Positions 58,770-64,000 of a DNA stretch of 64,000 bases are shown here, piece after piece. Within the stretch, counting starts at the first letter, position 1; every line of letters begins with the position of its first letter. The DNA is from an uncultured Acidobacteriota bacterium (lineage in GTDB: Bacteria > Actinomycetota > Acidimicrobiia > Spongiisociales > ZC4RG35), in contig CAWHEU010000018.1 in NCBI GenBank assembly GCA_963828465.1, forward strand, positions 64,001-128,000, written 5' to 3'. The translations under genes were made by a program, and so were the position numbers. The notes under the pieces were generated by a model. It was not told where the DNA came from. It made no database searches and saw only the letters and a program-made list of their open reading frames with translations.

Positions 58770-59336
58770 CTAGGGCGTCTTCTCCCGCCCGTCGCGGTCG
58801 ATCCAATCCTCCGGTCCCACTCCGAGGCCCTCGGCGATGCGGTTGATGTAGTTGAAATAGGCGACGACCTGAACACAACTGGAGATCGCCCTGTCGTCGT
58901 AGCCATGCTGCCTCAGCTGGGCGACATCCTCCGCGCTGACCGAGGCGCAATCGTCTGTGAGGCGCTCGGCGAACAAGAGCAGGGCCATCGTGGCATCGTC
59001 GAGGCCGGCGCTCCGCCAATCCTCGGCGAACCGGTCCACCATCTGTTGATCGTCGACCTCATCCCGGAGGTCGTGTAGATGCGCCGCTATTCAGTAGTGG
59101 CACTCGTTCACGTCTGATGTGACTACAGCGATCATCTCCCGCTGGGACCGGGTGAGGGGTGAATCGCCGAACATGATCGTGGAATAGAGGCGCATCGAGT
59201 CCCGCATCACCTCGGGAAGCTGGCTCTGGATCGAGACGATGTTCCAGATCCGACCGGCCCTTCGGGTGGCGGCGTCGTACTCCTTCCTGGTGACACCGGC
59301 CGCCTCGTCGGCGGGTGTCACGTGAACGTGGGGCAT
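58770..59336 (-). CDS. AhpD/carboxymuconolactone-decarboxylase-family peroxidase-related protein, probable selenoprotein (CHYU)
   Basis: ORFs 59091..59336 and 58770..59042 are in frame across TGA 59091-59093: LTRSQREMIAVVTSDVNECHY*IAAHLHDL...VAYFNYINRIAEGLGV. Confidence 0.82.
59054..59073 (-). promoter_or_regulatory. Candidate bacterial SECIS hairpin
   Basis: CGACCUC-CGGGAU-GAGGUCG, starting 17 nt after the in-frame UGA. Confidence 0.6.
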
Positions 59337-59339
59337 GGC

Positions 59340-60596
59340 TCAACCGGCGAGAAACAGCGCCGGTTCCTCCAGATTCTCGATCACCAGGGCCATGAAGCGC
59401 CGACCCTGGGCGCCGTCGATGACCCTGTGGTCGTAGGACAGCGACAACGGCATGACGGGGGCAATCGCCAAATCCCCGTTGCTCACCACGACCTTCTCCT
59501 GGGCGCGGCCCACCGAGAGGATCGCCGTCGTGCCGTAGGGAACGATCGGAGTCCCCTGACCGCCACCCACGGCCCCGATGTTGGAGACCGTGAACGTCTG
59601 GCCGGTCAGCTCGTCGGGGGCGAGTGACCGTTCCCGTGCACCTTCTCCTAGACGCCGGACCTCGGAGGCAATGTCGAGGACCGCGAGGGCCGCGGCGTCG
59701 CGCACTACTGCCACAAGAAGCCCATCGGGTGTGTCGACCGCGATCCCTATGTGATGGGCGCCATGGACGATCAGGTCGTCGCCGTCGAGGGTGGCGTTGA
59801 AGTCGGGAAAGGCCTCGAGGGCCGGTATGACTGCCTTGATGACGAGCGCCTCCATCGGGAGCTTCACCTCGTGACGTGCGCTGAGGGCGGATCGGATCTC
59901 CACGAGCCTCGTCGCATCCACCTCGTCGAAGGTGGTGACATGGGGTATCTCGGCCCAGCTCCTCGCCATGTTGGAGGCAATGGTTCGGCGCAACCGGGAC
60001 AAAGGGCGACGCTCGTCCTCACCGGAATCCTCCAAAGGCGACGCGGTCACTTCCTGCGGCCTCGATTCTTCGGTGGGCGCCACCGACTCGGTTGCCGATG
60101 GAGCGGCCGCCAGCACGTCCTCCCGGGTGACTCTGCCCTCGGGGCCGGACCCGCGCACCTGTCCGAGATCCACCCCCATTTCCCTGGCCAGCTTGCGCAC
60201 AATGGGAAGCGCCTTGACTTCCTTGGTCCCTTCCCCTCCTGCGGTCGGGCCGACCGGGGAGAGCACTTCTGCTTCCTCGCTGAGGGTGCCGACGATGGGC
60301 GGCGCCGTGTGGGTCGCTTCTGGCTCGGATACGGAGTCGTCGGAGGTGGCGACCTCCCCGTCCTCACCGATGACGACAAGCACCGATCCGACCTGAATCG
60401 TCTCCCCCTCGACCCCACCGTGTCGAAGGACTGTGCCGGCATACGGAGAGGGAATCTCGACCACGGCCTTGTCGGTCTCGACCTCGACCACGGGTTGGTC
60501 GGCTTCGACACGCCCCCCCTCGGGGACGAGCCACCGCACGATCTCTGCCTCGGTGAGGCCCTCACCGATGTCAGGCAGGAGGAATTCCCTCGCCAC
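59340..60596 (-). CDS. 2-oxoacid dehydrogenase E2 (dihydrolipoamide acyltransferase)
   Basis: Lipoyl domain EVETDKA, GSGPEGRVTREDV, SYDHRVIDG. Confidence 0.95.
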   Translation of the reverse strand: MAREFLLPDIGEGLTEAEIVRWLVPEGGRVEADQPVVEVETDKAVVEIPSPYAGTVLRHGGVEGETIQVGSVLVVIGEDGEVATSDDSVSEPEATHTAPPIVGTLSEEAEVLSPVGPTAGGEGTKEVKALPIVRKLAREMGVDLGQVRGSGPEGRVTREDVLAAAPSATESVAPTEESRPQEVTASPLEDSGEDERRPLSRLRRTIASNMARSWAEIPHVTTFDEVDATRLVEIRSALSARHEVKLPMEALVIKAVIPALEAFPDFNATLDGDDLIVHGAHHIGIAVDTPDGLLVAVVRDAAALAVLDIASEVRRLGEGARERSLAPDELTGQTFTVSNIGAVGGGQGTPIVPYGTTAILSVGRAQEKVVVSNGDLAIAPVMPLSLSYDHRVIDGAQGRRFMALVIENLEEPALFLAG

Positions 60597-61573
60597 TAGG
60601 CCTCCAGTGTCTCTTGTGCCACCCGCACGATCCGGTCCACAGTCGGAAGGTAATGGCCCTCGGATCGCTTCAGCGGGAAGACGGTGTCCCAGCCCGTCAC
60701 TCGACGCACCGGCGCCGTGAGCGAGTAGAGGGCGCGCTCCTGGACGATTGCGGCCACTTCCGCCCCCATGCCTGCGGTCCGGGGGGCTTCATGGACCACA
60801 ACCACCCTCCCCGTCTTGGTCGCCGAGCGGGCAATGCCATCGGCGTCGATCGGAGAGAGGGTGCGCAGGTCGAGTACCTCCACTGATATCCCGGACTCTT
60901 CGAGACGGGCCGCTGCCGCCCGCGCCTCCTTCATCATCGCCCCCCAGGACACCACAGTGATGTCCTCGCCTTCGCGCTCGACCCGCAGCGGGCCGATCTC
61001 TGTGGTGTAGTACAACTCGGGGACCTCTTCCTTGACCGCCCGGTAGAGGCGGATCGGCTCCAGGAAGAGCACCGGGTCGGGGTCTTCGATGGCGGCCAGG
61101 AGCAAACCTCGAGCGTCGGAAGGAGTCGACGGGACCACCACCTTGAGACCCGGGATGTGGGCGTATATCGCCTCCGTCGACTCGGAATGATGCTCGGCGG
61201 CTCCGATGCCGCCACCGAAGGGGACTCGTATCACCACCGGTGCGGTGAAACGGTGGTTGGAGCGGTTCCGGATACGTGCGACGTGGTTGATGATCTGGTC
61301 GTATGCCGGATACGAGAAACCGAGGAACTGGAGCTCGGCCACAGGACGCATCCCGGCGATGGCCATCCCGAATGCCGCGCCCACTATCCCGGACTCCGCC
61401 ACCGGGGTGTCGAACACCCGGTCCTCCCCGTACTTGTCCCGCAATCCGTCGGTGATCCTGAACACTCCCCCGGTCCGACCGATGTCCTCGCCGAGCAGCA
61501 CCACACGCTCATCGGATTCGAGCGCAGTCGCCAGCGCTCCGTTGAGGGACTGGGCCAAGGTCAGCTCGCTCAA
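60596..61573 (-). CDS. 2-oxoacid dehydrogenase E1 beta subunit
   Basis: GEDIGRTGGVFRITDGL, DTPVAESG, EHHSES, FLEPIRLY. Confidence 0.95.
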   Translation of the reverse strand: MSELTLAQSLNGALATALESDERVVLLGEDIGRTGGVFRITDGLRDKYGEDRVFDTPVAESGIVGAAFGMAIAGMRPVAELQFLGFSYPAYDQIINHVARIRNRSNHRFTAPVVIRVPFGGGIGAAEHHSESTEAIYAHIPGLKVVVPSTPSDARGLLLAAIEDPDPVLFLEPIRLYRAVKEEVPELYYTTEIGPLRVEREGEDITVVSWGAMMKEARAAAARLEESGISVEVLDLRTLSPIDADGIARSATKTGRVVVVHEAPRTAGMGAEVAAIVQERALYSLTAPVRRVTGWDTVFPLKRSEGHYLPTVDRIVRVAQETLEA

Positions 61574-62610
61574 GAGCCGATCTCACCCAGCTGAGTTTCG
61601 ATAGGCGACGTCGGCTGCTCGTACATGCGCAGCAACATCTCCTCGGCGGTCGGCTGGGGCAGCGCCTCCGCCATCGCCACCGCCTCCTCGATCACGTCCG
61701 ATGCTCGGGTCTCGAGTTCTTCCTGCCATTCGGGGGTCCAGCCGCCGGCCCTCTCGAGGAGGAGACGCACCCGCTCGAGGGGATCCTTCTCACGCCACTC
61801 CACGGCCTCGTCCTCGTCGCGGTAGCGGCTCGGATCGTCGGAAGTTGTGTGAGGGCCGAGTCGGTAGGTCACCGCTTCGATGAGGGTCGGCCCCTCACCG
61901 TTTCGCGCCCTGGTGACCGCCCCACTCACGACCTCGAACACCGCGGCGACGTCGTTGCCGTCGACGAGGACGCCAGGCATGCCATATCCCTCCGCCTTCA
62001 TGGCGATCGACTCGGAACGGGTCTGCTCGGCTCGGGGGTAGGAGATGGCGAAGCCGTTGTTCTGGCAGAGGAAGACGGTCGGCGTGCTGAAGACGGCAGC
62101 GAAATTCATCGCCTCGTGGAAATCGCCTTCGGATGTGGCGCCGTCCCCGAACGAGGTCAGTGCAATGCGGTCAGAGCCCCTGAGCGCCTCGGCCCAGGCG
62201 AGCCCTACGGCATGGATCATGTGACCGCCGACGGTTATCGAAGGCGGAAGCACGTTGACCCCATCGGGGGCCTGCCCGCCCCGCTCGTCGCCGGTCCGTC
62301 CCGCCACGAGGAGGCTCCACGGATACCCGGCACGCCACATGAGTGCTGCATCCCGATAGGTGGCCGCTACCCAGTCGTCGGGTCGTAGAGCCGCTGCCGC
62401 CCCGATCTGGGCCGCTTCCTGGCCCTCGAAGGGGGCATAGGTGGCCAGCCGGCCCTGTCGCTGCATGGCCATGCATTTGTGGTCATAGGTGCGGGCCTCG
62501 ACCATGTCGGAATACAGCCGGCGCATCTCCTCGAGGGTGATGGGGAGACGATCGCCAACGGTCCCGTCCGGGCTGATCAGGGTGAGCATGCCGGCGGAGA
62601 GCTTATCCAC
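61570..62610 (-). CDS. 2-oxoacid dehydrogenase E1 alpha subunit (pyruvate or branched-chain)
   Basis: GQEAAQIG, FGDGATSEGDFHEAMN, QNNGFAIS, YRLGPHTTSDDP. Confidence 0.95.
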   Translation of the reverse strand: MDKLSAGMLTLISPDGTVGDRLPITLEEMRRLYSDMVEARTYDHKCMAMQRQGRLATYAPFEGQEAAQIGAAAALRPDDWVAATYRDAALMWRAGYPWSLLVAGRTGDERGGQAPDGVNVLPPSITVGGHMIHAVGLAWAEALRGSDRIALTSFGDGATSEGDFHEAMNFAAVFSTPTVFLCQNNGFAISYPRAEQTRSESIAMKAEGYGMPGVLVDGNDVAAVFEVVSGAVTRARNGEGPTLIEAVTYRLGPHTTSDDPSRYRDEDEAVEWREKDPLERVRLLLERAGGWTPEWQEELETRASDVIEEAVAMAEALPQPTAEEMLLRMYEQPTSPIETQLGEIGS

Positions 62611-62637
62611 CGCCCGGTTTCACGAACCGGCGAGGGT

Positions 62638-64000
62638 CTAGACCCCGGCGCTCTCGGCGGCGAGGGCCTCTTCCATCTCCTCGACGGTCATGAGGACGTC
62701 TCGGGCCTTGCTGCCGTGCGACGGGCCAACGACACCACGGCTCTCCAGGATGTCCATCACACGTCCCGCTCGGGCGAACCCGATGCGCAGCTTGCGTTGC
62801 AGCATCGAAGTCGAGCCGAGCTCGCTCCGGACCACGAGATCCATCGCCTGGCGAACCAGGGCCTCTTCCTCATCGTCGACTTCTTCGGCCTTAGCCGCGG
62901 CGGCGGCAGTGGCTGCCACCAGGACTTCCTGGTCCTCGTATTTGGCCTCCTGCTGCTTGCGCACCCATTCGACGATCGCATGGACCTCGCTCTCCCGTAC
63001 CCAAGCGCCCTGGATCCGCTGTGGGCGTGGCTCCTTGGCCGTCACCACCAGCATGTCGCCCATCCCGATCAGCTTCTCCGCCCCTGATCCGTCGATGATC
63101 ACGCGGCTGTCGGTCTGGGACGCGACGCTGAAGGCGAGACGGCTCGGGATGTTGGCCTTGATGACACCGGTGATCACGTCGACCGACGGGCGCTGAGTTG
63201 CGACGACGAGGTGGATCCCGACCGCGCGTGCCATCTGGGCGATGCGGACGATCGACTCCTCGACCTCCCGCCCGGCCACCATCATCAGATCGTTCAACTC
63301 ATCGATCAGGATCACGATGTACGGGAAGCGATCAAACCCGCCGGGGTCGAGGCCACCGTTGTCCCACTTCAGGCGGTATCCCTCGATGTCGCGGACCTTG
63401 GCGTCGGCAAGCAGGTCGTAACGACGGTCCATCTCGGCCACCGCCCATTTCAAGGCGTCATTGGCCTTCTTCGGGTTGGTGATGACCCTGGTCAGCAGGT
63501 GGGGCACGCCGTTGTACTGGCCCAACTCGACACGCTTGGGGTCGACCATGATCACACGGACGTCATCCGGGTGGGTACGCATCAACAACGAGGTCACGAT
63601 CGAGTTGATGCATGAGGACTTCCCGGCACCGGTGGCCCCGGCGATGAGGACATGCGGCAGCTCGGACAGGTTGAGGAGCTTGGGGAGACCGGAGATGTCC
63701 ATGCCCAGCCCCACGGTCAAAGGGTGGGTGTCGACTGCGGCCTCGGCACTGGAGAGAATGTCACCCAGAGACACCAGCCGTCGCTTGGTGTTGGGAACCT
63801 CGACTCCGATGGCCGACTTGCCCGGTATCGGGACGAGTATCCGCACGTCCGGCGTGGCCAGGGCGTAGGCGATGTCATGGGAAAGGCTGGAGACGCGATT
63901 GACCTTGACGCCGGGGGCCAGCTCGATCTCGTACCTGGTGACCGTGGGCCCGGGGACGATCTTGGTGAGGTTGGCGTCGACACCGTGCTGGATCAGGGTC
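62638..64000 (-). CDS. ftsK: DNA translocase FtsK (5' end outside window)
   Basis: GPTVTRYE, PHVLIAGATGAGKS, IDELNDLMM, ATQRPSVDVITG, gamma domain LQRKLRIGFARAGR. Confidence 0.96.
   Translation of the reverse strand, partial: TLIQHGVDANLTKIVPGPTVTRYEIELAPGVKVNRVSSLSHDIAYALATPDVRILVPIPGKSAIGVEVPNTKRRLVSLGDILSSAEAAVDTHPLTVGLGMDISGLPKLLNLSELPHVLIAGATGAGKSSCINSIVTSLLMRTHPDDVRVIMVDPKRVELGQYNGVPHLLTRVITNPKKANDALKWAVAEMDRRYDLLADAKVRDIEGYRLKWDNGGLDPGGFDRFPYIVILIDELNDLMMVAGREVEESIVRIAQMARAVGIHLVVATQRPSVDVITGVIKANIPSRLAFSVASQTDSRVIIDGSGAEKLIGMGDMLVVTAKEPRPQRIQGAWVRESEVHAIVEWVRKQQEAKYEDQEVLVAATAAAAAKAEEVDDEEEALVRQAMDLVVRSELGSTSMLQRKLRIGFARAGRVMDILESRGVVGPSHGSKARDVLMTVEEMEEALAAESAGV

Overview
High-GC actinobacterial chromosome segment; gene content and order suggest Acidimicrobiia (inference). 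It is mostly core genome on the minus strand: alaS (partial)-rarA-aspS-hisS-MBL-relA-apt-yajC-tgt-queA-ruvBAC, yebC-pdxTS-pimA/patA/pgsA, EF-G2, citrate synthase, thrS, kynureninase, four tRNAs, dut, nrdR-LysM/lexA, dapF-miaA-miaB-rny-recA-thpR-cinA-rimO, aceAB with a divergent RamB-like regulator, an S10 peptidase, a 2-oxoacid dehydrogenase E1a/E1b/E2 operon and partial ftsK. Main observations: (1) an AhpD/CMD-family gene directly behind the E2 gene is split by an in-frame UGA exactly at the second position of a CxxC motif and followed by a SECIS-like hairpin, i.e. a candidate lipoyl-fed selenoperoxidase in an operon without E3; (2) an archaeal-type (class II) GAPDH homolog lies downstream of the glyoxylate shunt genes; (3) a ~3.9 kb integrase-less island at tRNA-Val(GAC) is bounded by a 45-bp direct repeat; (4) rny has a long structured 5' leader; (5) there is a clear LexA regulon and many apparently leaderless promoters. 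Single-base frameshifts in rimO and ramB may be sequencing errors. All calls come from motif recognition by eye; no searches were run.
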